Assembly: GCA_043228905.1 (NCBI GenBank)
Contig: JBHGNT010000002.1
Coordinates: 28,272,001-28,336,000 of the forward strand
Length of the DNA stretch: 64,000 bases
Origin: Azolla caroliniana
Taxonomy: Eukaryota; Plantae; Polypodiophyta
Direction: 5' to 3'
A program made the translations under genes and the position numbers. Shown piece after piece: positions 38,427-51,060 of this stretch. How positions within the stretch are numbered: the stretch's first letter is position 1; each line of letters opens with the position of its first letter. The notes beneath the pieces were generated by a model that was not told the DNA's origin, did no database searches, and saw nothing but the letters and a program-made list of their open reading frames with translations.

Positions 38427-41400
38427 TCACATGTCCGTTGGTCCTCCCGGACCCTTACTGGCCTCATTCTCTCCGGTTCCCAGCTTGCCGTCTCTGCCGT
38501 CTTGGTGGTTGCCGTCGGTCCTTTGCTCAAACGGGTTCTTAGGCATCGGTCCTCTATATGCCTTTAATCGGAATCCGTTGATCCATTTGCCCAGCACTTC
38601 CGTGTCCCCAACTGGAAGGACCCATTATACTCCCGTGTTAGACAATATGGTCCGGTCCATCTAAACCTTAGTTTACCCGACATCTTGCCCATCCGGGTTT
38701 GGAATACTAACACCGGTTTGCCGATTGCGAACATTTTTTCGTTACCTTTCTTGTGCCGGTCGACGAATGCTTTCCGTCGCCGTTGCTCCAATTCTAAATG
38801 TAGGATGCTGGCCAACCGTTGTTCCTCCAGCTCACACAGCGCTGTCAACCTTATTGTCTCCGACTCCTTCTCGTTCAGCCGTTCTCGTAGCTGGATCCGT
38901 AAGCTAGGTACTTGAAATTCTACTGGCATGACCGCCTCGAGTCCGAACGCCAACCGGAATGGTGTTGTTCGGATACTCATTTTGTATGCCGTCCGGTATG
39001 CCCAAAGCGCGCTATGTAGCTTTGTGTCCCAATCCGTCCGGTTCTCGTTGCCGATCTTCCGAAGGATGTTCTGGAGCGTCTTGTTTGTTGATTCCGCTAA
39101 TCCGTTCGCCTGTGGATAGTAAGGTGTGCTTCGTTTGTGGACCACGGCATAGAAGGTCATTAGGCTTTCCACTACTTGTCCGAGAAAGTGCCCCCCTTGG
39201 TCACTTATCAATTCAATGGGGCATCCGTAATGGCACCAGATGTACTCATATAGAAACTTTGCCATTGACGCATCGGTGTTATCCCGTAAAGCTTTGGCCT
39301 CCACCCATTTCGTGCAGTAATCCGTAGCAACGATAACGTACTGATTACCCGTTCTCATTGCCGGTGGCTTGAACGGTCCTACAAAGTCCAGCCCCCACTT
39401 TTGGAATGGCTCGAGTGGTAGTACCGGCTGGTGTGGCATACGAACCTGCTCCGTTGGCTGGCCTATTCTCTGGCATAGGTCACATTTTTTTGCGTACCGT
39501 ACCGCATCTCTTAATGTCGTTGGCCACCATAGGCCACTTTGCCATATTTTTCTGGCTGTCGCATCTCCGGCATAGTGACCTCCGGCAACTCCGCAGTGGG
39601 CTTCCCTCAGTATCAGTTCCTTTTCATCGCTGCGCACCGCCCGTCTCCATATGCCGTCAGCGACTTTGTGGTACAATGTGTCTTGCAGTAAGCAGAAATG
39701 TCGGCTTTGTACCGCTAGGCGTTTCCGTTCATCCCGGTTCAGCTCTTCCGGAGGCAGTCCTGTGCTCAGAAACTGGTGCATATTTGTGAGCCACTTGTCT
39801 TCCTAGGCCACTGTCTCATCTGTTGTCGTCTTCGTAGTGACTCGAAACAGCTCCGCATCTGGAAACTCATCCGGTACTGCGTCACCCGTCTCTCCGGACT
39901 CCAATCGGCTTAAGTAATCCGCTAGGGCATGCTGTATACCGGGTCGGTGGAATATTTCAAACTCGAACTCCTGTAACAATAAGGTCCACCGGGCCAATTT
40001 GCTGGTGAGTGATGCCTTGGACACTAGGTAAAGGAGTGCCGAATGATCTACATGGAAGGAAAACTTCCTTCCCAATAAATAGTGCCGAAACTTTGTCACA
40101 CTGTAGATCATTCCTAGAGCTTCCCGTTCCGTAGTAGAGTAGTTCCGTTCTGCTTGGGATAGCTTCCGGCTGGCATAGTACACTGGCCGGTACCACTTTG
40201 GTTCCGTAAGCTGCATCAGTACGCTTCCGATTGCGATGTCGGAGGCGTCCACGAACACGTGAAATTCTTTACTCCAATCCGGAGGTTGTACTACCGGTGC
40301 CTGCGACAATAGTACCTTGAGGGCCTTATACGCCCTATTTTCAGTATCGGTCCACTGGAATGGTGTCCGATGTACGACAACATGCAATGGTGTAGCCAGG
40401 TCGGCCAAGTATCGGAGCATCCGGTTGTGCCACCGGATCTGGCCTAAGAACCGGCTTAATGCCTTTGCCGTTGCCGGCGTCGGTGCTTCTAATATGGCTT
40501 TCACTTTGTCCGGGTCGACTGCAATACCTTCCTGGCTCACGATATGTCCTAATAAAGTTCCACTGGACACGCCAAATACACATTTTGCCGGATTCAAGCT
40601 TAGCCGGTACGCTCTACACTTTTCTAGACAAAGACGGAGGTGTTGAAGATGGTCCTCCCGGCAATAGACAGCGAAATCGTCAAGGAAAACCTGCATAAAA
40701 GCCGGTATATATTCACCAAAGATTTCCATGATGATTCTTTGAAACGTTGCCAGTGCCGTTTTGAGTCCGAACATCATCACCACGGCCACAAACACCCCCC
40801 ATTCGGTGACGAATGTCGTTTTCTCCTGGTCGTCGGGGTGCATCCGGATCTGATTATACCCGCTGAATCCGTCTAGGAAGCTATAGACCTCATGGCCGGC
40901 GACGACATCCAACACTCCATCTGTGAACGGAAGTGGAAACGCATCCATTACCGTAGCCGCATTGAGTTTCCGGTAGTCCACGCAAACTCGAATTTTTCCG
41001 TTCTTCTTCAGTGCGACTACGATCGGGCTCAGCCATGTCGCTTTCTTTACCAGACGGATAAAGCCAACTCTTAGCAGTTTGTCGATTTCTTCCTTGACCT
41101 TGGCAGCATAATTGGGATTCATCCGGTACTGTCTTTGTGCCACTGGTTTTGCGTCCTTGCTCAAGTGTACTTGATGTTGGTATAACTGAGGGTCGAGTCC
41201 TCACATATCTTCGTATGACCAGGCGAACACATCCCGGAATTCCGTGAGAAGTGTTATCATCGCCGTTTTGTCTTCGGACTTCATCTCCTTGGCGATGTGC
41301 ACCGGTTTTGCTTCGTCCGTGGTGCCTAAATTCACCTCTTCCAGTTGCAATGCTTTTACGCGTTGTGAAACGGCCATTTCCCGTTCCAACGCTTCCTGCG

Positions 41401-44193
41401 CTTGCCGTAACTCCCGGATTGCGTCTTTATCCGGTTCTGCTTCCTCCTCTTCCGGTTGCGGTAAATACGGTGCTACGGCTTCGGCAATGTCAATTTCGAA
41501 GAGGGGTATGATCTTCGGGTTTTCCTGCAGGTATTGAGCTTCTTCTTCGTCTGCTAACCCTTCTAGCATGTTGACGCATTCCGCATACAACGGTGTACAT
41601 TCCTTGCCAGTGCTCGTCCTTGGCTGTGTTGGTACCCGTACCTTGGCTTTTCCTCGCCGGAAGGTAATTATATTTTTTCGCCAATTCTGTTTGATATGTG
41701 CCGTTTTCAACCATGGCCGCCCCATCAATAGCGGGTATGCGCCTTGTGCCTGTAATTGTAGCACTACGGCCGAGATGTGAAATGTATGCCCGCCGACGGT
41801 GACTTCTAATTTCCGTATTAATCCTGTCGGCCGCACTGAGCTTGTATCGGCCATCCGCAACCAGAACGGACACGGCTCCCACTCGTGGATTCCTAGGTCC
41901 TCACACGTCCGGAGGCTTATTACATTTACCCCAGAGCCTCCGTCTATAACTGTGCCGGGGAGTTCTTTCCCTTTTACAATGGCAGTGATTACCGGACTGC
42001 TGGTGTCTACCACTGTTGGTCCCTCCTCTGGATTTGAGAAGAGTACCGGTGCCGGTGATGGTTCTCCTGCCGTCATGGCCGTCTTCAGTCCTTCTGTGAA
42101 TCTAGGCACGAGTTGTAGGAGTCTTCCTAGTGGTAACGTAATCTGGCATTCTTGCAACGCCTGCCATGTCTCGTTCTCGGAGTGACTACCGCCGACAAGC
42201 CCTACGGTGTTCTCCTTTTGCTGCTGTAAGTCTGTGACATTCTGCTCGTTTGCTTTCTTTACCCATTCCGTTGCTTGTTTCCGGATGGTCTCCTGTGTCT
42301 CCCATTCTTTGGCCATGCCCTTCGACCTTGTGGTCACCTGCTGCAGGTCTGCCACCTCAGGGACTACCATATTTACCGCCGGTCGTTTTTCATAGCTCTT
42401 CACCAGGCATTGGTTACTATAATGGCCTTCCTATCGGTAGTAGTAGCAGTAGGCCTTCTGGGCATTGCTAGATTCGGCATTGTCTGTTGTGCCCGGGGCA
42501 CGTCCTACGGTACGCGCGGGGTTTTGTACCGGTTGGCTACTTGGAGTTCCTTGTTCCGGATCCCGGGGGTAGCCGCCTTTTTTAAAATGCCGTTTTTTGT
42601 TATAGCTTTTCTTATTACGGTACTCTTGACGGGGTTGCCCATTATATCTGCCGTATTCCTCCCGTTGCTGACGATACCCGGGGGAGTGCTCCCGGTCGTA
42701 CTGTTCGTATCGTCTATTGTAATCCTGGTATCGATCATGCCGGTCATAGTTCTCTCACCGATCACCGTACCGGACATCATTTTCCCGTCGCTCGCCGTAC
42801 TGGACATCCTGTGCCGGTCGGTCACGGTCCATTCGCCGCCAGCGTTCGTCTTCTTCATCCCGGCTGCTGCGTGGCTCAATTTGTCTGACGGGTGGTGCTT
42901 GCCGAGTCAACAGATTATACTCGCACCTATCCGTCGTTGGCTCTTGGATTGACAGATTACACATTGCGTCCTCATAGTGCATTCTAGAGCCGAGTGTCCG
43001 GAATTCAAGCAGGTTGTGCATTGTATTGCTTGCCGAAACCGGAGGTCTTCATCGGACGGTAACGCCCGTTGAAGTGCGCCCAATGTGAGCCAAGAGCTTG
43101 TCTTTTCCATCTCTTTCACCCGGTCAATGACCTGGTTGATGGTACTTGTGCGGAAATCGATTACCGTGCAAACCGTGCGTAGGGGTTCCCAGAGCGCGTT
43201 TAGGAATATCGTCCGTAATTCCTCCTCTGGGGGTGCACGGGTAAGCTGACTATGCATCCGTTGAAACCGGATGACAAATTGGGGAATGCTCTCCCCTGCC
43301 TCTTGCCGGATGGTATAAAATAAGCCTACCATTACGGTCTGGTCCACCTCCTTTTGAAAAAAATGCATGAATTTAGCTTTTAAATCTGCAAAGGTGTTGA
43401 TGGTAGACGGGTCCTGCATCCGGCGCCATCTTGCTGCTGGTCCCTCCAATGTGACGCCAAATTCCGTTATTTTAGAGTGTTCTTCTTCTTCTGGGGTCAA
43501 TCGCTGGGACACATGGTTGGCTTCCCATGTCTGTTCAAAGGCGTGCACATGAGCTTCCGCGTCCGGATCATCTCTATATTTGGAGTACTGGAACGGCATG
43601 TCGTCGTCCGATATCGGTGCGCGGGCTGGTAGTGTTGGTGCTCGTTCCGGAATTTTCTCCGGTGTCGGTGATCTTTCCCGATTTGATTCCGGTGTCGGTT
43701 GTTTCTCTAAGTCCTTTGGTGACGGAGGCCTCTCCTCTTCACCTTCCGGTGTCGGAGGTCGTTCTTCTTCTGCTGGTTCCGGGGGTTCCAGCGTTAGCAC
43801 TTCCGGTTCCGGTTCCGGTGTCGGTAAGGTATCCGATCCTTCGTCCTCCGGTCCGCCCGGGGTTTCGTTGCTGCTACGGTAGTTCGTGTGCACGTTGTAT
43901 TCCCCTTCGGAGTCCGATTCATATGCTGAAAAGGCCTCTGCTTCGCCTTCTCCATTTGCCAACGCGTGGAGAAGGGATTCAGTTTCCCGGAGGCTGCTTA
44001 GGCTGCTGTCGTCGTCCGGGTGCGATGTTTGCTGTAACCAGAGGGAGTCCTCCGCTACTCTCCGGATTACGTTGGAAAACGAGCGATCCGCTCTAATTTC
44101 CTACGCCGCTTGCTGGAAAGCCTCGCGTCTCCTTTGCCTTTCGGCAAGGCGTCGAGTTCGATCTGTAACCAGGTCGTGCGTTGATCTAGACAT
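38427..44193 (-). pseudogene. Gypsy gag-pol polyprotein, disrupted by stops and frameshifts
   Basis: Start ATG is at 44193 (MSRSTHDL..). Domains seen: Retrotrans_gag-like core (TLEGPAARW..LKAKF..F..IRQEAGESIPQFVIRF), CCHC knuckle CTTCLNSGHSALEC, protease VIDGGSGVNVI, RT (RVCVDYRKLN, LDGFSGYNQI, FGLKTA, FLDDF), RNase H (VDASDIAIG, ERE, DHSAL, ADYLSR) and integrase (H..H..C..C, WGLDFVG, SDQG, YYPQANGLAE, WTGPY). Confidence 0.95.
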
Positions 44194-44228
44194 CCATCCG
44201 TGCCATCGTTCGCTGCAAAAACAGGAAT

Positions 44229-44246
44229 CGTGGTTGCCAAAAACTG
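44229..44246 (-). other. Putative primer-binding site (TGGCAACCAC) just inside the 5' LTR
   Basis: The minus strand reads LTR-CAGTTTT-TGGCAACCACG, a TGG-start motif at the expected position. Confidence 0.55.
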
Positions 44247-44679
44247 TGTTAACTCTTCGGGCCGGACAATGGCCTAACACAGGGTGTCTACGGGAGACAC
44301 TTCACCAAAGGGTGTTACGGCAACCGGATTATACTTCAACGCATAATCTGACTTAGTTAAGTTACTTATTAGGATCGTCCTCATAACACGCGTAAGATAT
44401 AACAATTAAGACAGAACGACAATTAACACAGAGATATAACAACGCTTAAGCTTTCATTAATTAACCGTTAACTATTACATTGTATCCGGGTCTTTAAATA
44501 TGTTTCCGGTCTGTATTACAAAACGGTGCCATCCGCACCTGTTCGGGATCGGTCCGGATCCGGAACGGCATACCGTTTCTGGTCCGTCCGTCCACACTCA
44601 TAGCTTAATTACAACCACATTCCTACTACTTATTTAGCTCTCCGTTTCCCACTCTGGACTCCTTTGCCGGCTGGTAACA
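44247..44679 (-). repeat. 5' LTR of the Gypsy element
   Basis: 433-bp direct repeat of 34836-35268, upstream of gag on the minus strand. Confidence 0.96.
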
Positions 44680-45999
44680 ATTTGCCGCAAGAAGATTGAC
44701 TTGCACATCTACAATCAGTTCATGGTGCCAAGATAATGATGGCCACCTTATCAACAACATATTCTTCATTTTTTACAACCTTCCAACCTAGCCAGGAACA
44801 TCTATGGTTTGGATGCTTCACAAATGATACATTGATGGCTGTTAAAAGAGTTTCACGTAATGGGTGCATTTCTTATTTTGAGGTCCTAGACAACAATAGA
44901 TTGCAATCTTATACCTTTGATTGCAGTTATCTATAGGACTTGCGAAGTGCACTAGTTAGAGTGGTGGTTAAAATTGGAAAGAAATGGATCCTTGATCCTT
45001 ATCCATCAATTGCTCATATGTGTGATATCCTGTGGCTGTACACAAAAGATCCTGTTGCAAGATTAACATGGGATCCGGGGGGTTGGCTTTGGTCATACTC
45101 CTTGGGGGAAAAGATCGTAAAGGTCCCCTTCTTTCAGGACTCAATAAAACTTGGAAGATCATTATTGCTCTCTCAGAATGTAACGATACCAACAGCTGAG
45201 AAACATTGGACCAATTGGGGTGTTTCCACTTTGCATTTGAGAACCTATTGGAAATGGATATGGTCCTTCAAGGGGCCAACTAAATTTATTCTCTTTCAAT
45301 GGTTATTAGTGCATATGGCACTACCCGTTGGTCATTCATTGAAAGGGAATGTAGCACCCAATTTGCCGCAATGTGGCTTTTGCCATGAACCTCAGGAGAC
45401 TACCGAGCATGTCCTATGGTCTTGTTCTTTTGCTCAACAAGTATGGAAGAAAGTCATGTCTTTATTCCTAACAATCAATGTAGGTTGCCTATTCTCATGG
45501 GGATCAACGATGTGGGGAGTATTACATTCTGGCTTGATGTTGTATGAGGCAAGCGATGTTCATGAGGCAATGACAATACATAATAGAAGATCAATATTAG
45601 TTAGTCCCTTCCAGCAACCTTGCAAGCAGGTGCGATTTGTCCAAATTTGGAAAACTGTGACCACAATAACATTATGGGCATTATGGAAATATCGATGTAA
45701 CCGACTTTATGATGGGGTAGACATTCATCTCTTAGATGTGCTGTTTGAGATATGGGAGAACTTGCTGGCAGTAGTCCGTGGCCAGCATGACAATATGCAG
45801 GGTTCCCCAAATACTATGAACAAGAAAAGGAAAAAGCTTCTTCACTTATGGAAAAAGGTGCCCATGTTTACAATGTCAACTCAAGAGCCTCAATGTCAAT
45901 ATCGATTTCCATGGACTCTTTCTTGAATATCAACAAATGTAAACATCCTTGTATTTTAGAGCATTGTATAGGAAAAGTTGTAACCTCCTTGTTAGCTAG

Positions 46000-46505
46000 T
46001 AACAATCGGCAACGGTTCGGTTCGGTTCGGTATGAGAGGGTCCAAATCGAACTGTTTAAATTTTTTTAAACTTGAACCTAACCAAACCGAACCGCGAACC
46101 GCGAAACCGTTAACCGAACTGTTAAACATTTTTCAAACTATTTTACCATTAAATCATTAAACCGTAAAAACCGCAGTTTCATGGTTCGGTTTCGGTTTTC
46201 AACATAGGTCAATTTTTTTATTTTTTATTTTTTAAAATTTATAATATTTCATTATTTAGAATTTTTAAATTTTTTTAGATGTTCCTAAAATGTGAGAATA
46301 AGGTGTAAAAATGAAAAGATTGTTTAAAAACAAATTTTAAAATTTTTTAGAATTTATTTTTAATAAAAATTAAAAAAAAAAAAAAAAAAAGTTAAACCGT
46401 TTAAACCGCGGTTTTTGACTATTGAAACCAAACTGAACCGTTGAAACCGTTAAACCGCGGTTTCGCGGTTTGGTTTGGTTTGAACCGAACCGTTGCCGAT
46501 TGTTA
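46000..46505. mobile_element. Non-autonomous hAT-like MITE inserted in the LINE 3' UTR
   Basis: 24-bp perfect TIR TAACAATCGGCAACGGTTCGGTTC / GAACCGAACCGTTGCCGATTGTTA and an 8-bp TSD TTAGCTAG / GTAGCTAG. It has dense AAACCG subterminal repeats and an AT-rich core. Confidence 0.9.
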
Positions 46506-47034
46506 GTAGCTAGGTTCAAGTTGTAGCATTCGGGCGCTTTGTTCTTAATACTATTGAAGAAAATCTTAAAAACGAAGAAGAACTTGTGTCACTAATGCAT
46601 ATTGAAGGAATAAGAACTCATGTCACTCAATGTTGTCACTAATGCATATTGAAGGAATATGAAAAAGAGAAATGTAATTTTTTTGGAAAAAAGAAAAGAA
46701 AAAGACGAATGTAGATAATGGAGGGGATGCAATATATCATTAAAAGCATTTGGGAGCAATGTATATTAAAAGTCTATAATATATATATATATATATATCC
46801 AAAGATATAAAGATAGAGGACTGAGAACTCATTGGGCCCATAGTTGCTTACTAAATTTCAACTACATATTCTACCATCCATAGTGAGCACCACCTCATAA
46901 ATGTTATAGACCCCATGGGGTCTCAAAATGAAAGGAAATATGGTTGGGAGAAACTATTTGTGAGGCCCACGGTTGCTACAATTTGTGATTTGAAAACTGC
47001 TCTCGAGATTTTGAATCTTGGTTTATGACCTAGT

Positions 47035-47300
47035 GAGTCCGAACCAAACTACATATTTTAAACTCAATTTTTTAGAGTCTAGACCAAGCCATTTGAACCA
47101 AACAATTTAAGGGAAAGGTGAAATTAAACAGTTTTAGGAAAAGTTGAAACCGAACCGAACCAATTAATCACAAATCTAAACCAAAGCATTTAAGTCAAAT
47201 AAATTAAACAAGTAAATAGAAAAAACATTAAATTAAAAAAGCATTTAAGTTTAATATTAATAATTAAAACATTAATTAAACCATTACGACAATAAAGACA
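47035..47300. mobile_element. Decayed MITE-like remnant (AACCG/AACCA-rich)
   Basis: GAACCAAAC/AAACCGAACCGAAC motifs plus an AT-rich core resembling the reverse complement of 61780-61960. No clear TIR or TSD. Confidence 0.45.
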
Positions 47301-49071
47301 TTCAAGGTAAACATAAAAAAACCACTATTGTTATATCAAGGCTTAAAAGTTTACTTAGGTTTGAGTCGAACAAGGGCTGGTAGCTCATAAGAAGATTCAA
47401 GCCTAACTCATAGGACTTTTCTATTGGCACCTCCAACGCATAAGGTTTAGTACCCTCAAAAATCAAGGTTTGGTACCCTCAAAAATCATAAGGCCATGTA
47501 TTTATATGGTCCAACTTATGTTGCTTAGAATGGATGCTTGTGTCACACAAATTGATCCTAGAAACGTATTGTGAAGCTACCTGACCATAAACACATTATT
47601 CCTTTTCTTTTTTGCATAGATTCAGAATAGTCGAATGTAGTTTGAGCATATTTTCAGCATATACATATGAAAGAGTCAGGAATCATGATTTTGAAAAATG
47701 TGAGAATCAATATACCTACATAATATTCTTTATATTAAATGATATTTTTGACATTTGTATTGTAAAGGTTGCCCCTCTATTTTGTGAGGGACAATTGACT
47801 ATGTCATAGTTAAAACTTAATCATATATTTAAAACTGATGGTTTACACTAAAACATTCAAAAATGAATGTAAAAACCATTTGTTTGATTAGAAGTCTCAA
47901 ATTTCAAATTATGCATTCACATTAGGTAGATGCTTGAGGAAAATTTGTTCCTTCTACCTTACATGGTCCCATAAGCTTTGTGCATAGGGGGTGAGTCGTG
48001 ACCTTGGTGTAAGAGACAATGTTTTTTGTTTTGATTGGCTAACTATGATAATAATGAATTTAGAAAAGTTTTACAAAGGATAGACAAGATGTACAGTTTG
48101 AATTAATTACTCTTAACATATAGTGTACTCATGAACTTAACACCAAGAGGATTTGAGTTCAACACCTACAAGGTGCGTTTAGCTTGTACCTTTGTCATAG
48201 GTGTATGTGGATTGACAAGCACATTTTCTCAGTTTTTGCAACTCCCTTTTACCCACATCAAGTTTACAAAATGCTCATGGACAAAGTCTTCAACATCCAT
48301 CTTGTACATTCGAATGATGGAGGTTGTTCCACATATCCTATGATAGCAACAAGTCTATGGTAAATATAAGATCTTCATCTAGGTGGTTCATTAACATATT
48401 CCATGCGAGTCATAAAATAAGAAGATCATCGGATAACAATGAAATCATCCACATTGTTATGAGTGTCGTAAAAATAAAATAAGGATGTGTATGTGTGATT
48501 TTAAATGTTGTGAGAGGGTGACTATGTTTCTCGATTGTCATACGTAAACTGTGATTGTGGAAGGCCCATGACTAAGAATTCACAACATGGTTTACACTAG
48601 TGTTCAAACTTCTTGTATTGATGGCTCTACAACGACATTACATTAAATACCGTGTTTGATTAAGGTAGGTAGGCACTCAATCATTCCGTACATGCTTGAA
48701 TGTTGTTATTGGTCTATCACACTTGAGATGTAATTTTAGTATAAAATAGAAGAATCAATCACAATGATACAAGGAAAAACTCAATTTCAATCCTTTTCAT
48801 GGTTATGTATATATTGTTAGCAAATCATGTAAACATACATTAACAATCTTGATCATGTCCTGTCTAAATGATGGATCTTACACCATCCTATAGTCTAATT
48901 GGGTACTTGTAAACGTGTATCTCACAAGAAAAAAGTTCTAGAATTAGTGGAACATTTTTCACATACCAACACTCAGTAGGGCCTTTCTTTTATTTATTTA
49001 ACGTACATGTTAGGTCAAACCGGGTCACTATGTATCCGCTAATTGTGTGCTCATCAAACTGTTCAAAAATT

Positions 49072-51060
49072 TCAAGCTATTGTTATGTTCCATACGTAAG
49101 GAGCCTGCACATTGGGTATATGTTTCTTCATAGCCTTCTGATTCTCCAATTGGTGGTCATTCATCCTTCTTTTTTGTCGAGAAGTGTTGCCTGTGATTGC
49201 AATGGCCATGTCGTTGGGAAAGAGTGTGCCCCAAAAGATATGAAGGATGGTGAAGACACCCAATGAGAGAACTGTTACAGAGGACAATATGGAAAGCACC
49301 AATGCCATTCCCTCTGTAATGGGATGAGGTACTTCCAGGGAATAGTAAATTGTCGCAATGGCCGATCCAGTCATAGGGAATGTATATGCCCACCATGCTA
49401 GCGAGAATCTGGAAGAATGGAAAAGAAATTCTTTTTAAGTGACCGAATTACAGTGTGCACATTACTAAGGAATGCTTTAAAGAATGATCGAGTCCTTGAA
49501 ATTTAAGTTAATGCTAAACTTAAGGCATGATACAACAAAGATTGCAAATGCTAGTGGAGAATGGTTTTCACATTGAACATATAGTGTTACAATATCTTCT
49601 CTCAAAACTAAATGAAGTCTGAACTATATTTATGCAACATGGTACTAAAGATTTTAGATGCATGTTTACAATTATAAAATAATTTGGACTGTAATCCTAA
49701 ATAGAATGATGGGAAGTTTACCTGAAACCGCGGAAGAGATTTACGCGCACAATCTACAACGAACCAAAATGATCAAAATCAGTACAGTCTTGAACTTCAA
49801 TGCATTTGTAACATTTTGATCACTATATAGTAGTAGTATATACTTAAAAAGAGATGTTTTGCTTTAGAGAGGCCATGTTCTCTAAATGATGATGTGAAGA
49901 GTGGCTCTTACCAATGATGTATAAAGGAACAAGCCGACGAAGTAAGCGATCCTTGATACCATATCGAAGTCGCCCACAATCTTAGACCAAGCTACACTTG
50001 CAATGCTCGGAGCCGCAATGAACAAGAAGAATACGGGATGGAGCTCCTTGGGGACGGGGGCTGCGGTCGGCAATCTTTGGTAGAGCGTCACGAACAAGAC
50101 GAGATAATGTGCGAGACCCACCGCCCAAAAGAAGATGGCCATCTCCTTGAGGCCAACAACCGTAGCCAAGAGAGAGCCGACAAAATTGCCGACGAGAGAT
50201 AGATGAGTACAAGGGTTAGCCACCTTGCAGAGCCTCTTCTCACCCCCGGAGAGCCACTGACCGTATATCTTGAGCTCCAGCAAGAAGAGAGGAGTCATGA
50301 ACAAGCCCCACAAGGCTGGATGGACGGAGGTAGTGATGTGAGGAGGGAGGCCCAAGGCCAGGAACATGCAGGCTATCCATGGTGCAAAGAAGAAGTTAAT
50401 CCTCACGGGGTGGCAGAACTCGCGCCGCACCGCCTCGAAGTAGAAGATGCACTTGAAGAAGTATGTTGTGAAGATGAGGAGAAGGGTTAGCAAAGAGACA
50501 CACCACAATGCCAGATTGATCTGCTCTGGGACATGCATGAAATGCATCGAACGCGACATGGACAGCGTCTTCCACAGGATCGTTTGGCTCCCGAGGCCTA
50601 GGCATATTCCGAAGCACCCGATGGGGAACCTCAAGAGAAATGGCCATTTCTTGTCGGTCGGAAGGATGGTGCTCCTCTCGAGGGACGTGACCGTATACGG
50701 CTCTTGCTTGGGGTCCCACACGTCTTTCTCGATATCTATCTCGAAGTCGGGTTCGACGGAGCCACCTCTTCGAAGCCCAAAGGCCTCGGAGTTTGTGATG
50801 GGGGTGTGGCCGTGTGCTACGAAAGCGGCATTCGGAGATGGCGGCTCCGACGTGCCATTCGTGGAGGAGGTGAGTATGGAGAGTGGGGAGAGTGGCGACA
50901 TCGGCCCCGCCTCCTTGAAAACCACAATGTCATCCTTCCAAAATCTGAGGCTTGCAGGTTGAACCATGTCCATCCCTTGCAACTTGAAGCTACAAGATGG
51001 GGTTGGTATCGACCCGCCATGCTCCGCCACATTATTCGAGTCTCTTGCTTTCGATTCCAT
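49072..51060 (-). CDS. S-type anion channel of the SLAC1/SLAH (TDT/TehA) family
   Basis: Exons 51060-49912, 49753-49722 (32 nt) and 49408-49072, all GT-AG and in phase. Motifs present: WPFLLRFPIGCFGICLG, YFEAVRREFCHPVRINFFFAPW, LELKIYGQWLSGG, ANPCTHLSLVGNFVG, LHPVFFLFIAAPS, FRGFRFSLAWWAYTFPMT, LFPNDMAIAIT. Confidence 0.95.

Larger units (their letters stand above)
34836..44679 (-). mobile_element. Full-length Ty3/Gypsy LTR retrotransposon (non-chromovirus type, with a 3' extra ORF)
   Basis: Two 433-bp TG...CA LTRs and a perfect 5-bp TSD, ATTTG, at 34831-34835 and 44680-44684. Domain order is gag-PR-RT-RH-INT. Confidence 0.97.
33966..46577 (+). mobile_element. 5'-truncated L1-like LINE, interrupted by a Gypsy element and a MITE
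   Basis: ORF2 runs from the end of the RT domain (FSDATGASLNWNKS..IRYLG) through FLWGG..KVAW and the zf-RVT motif (CGFC..ETTEHVLWSC) to the stop at 45926. One frame is restored when the Gypsy element and one TSD copy are removed. The flanks AAGAACTCATGTCACTA (33949-33965) and AAGAACTTGTGTCACTA (46578-46594) are a candidate TSD. Confidence 0.85.

Noticed and set aside
42275-42952. 225-aa hydrophobic plus-strand ORF that looks like a membrane or env protein
   Set aside because: It is the antisense shadow of the Arg/Asp/Tyr-rich gag spacer. The hydrophobicity follows from the complementary codons, and there is no independent signal.
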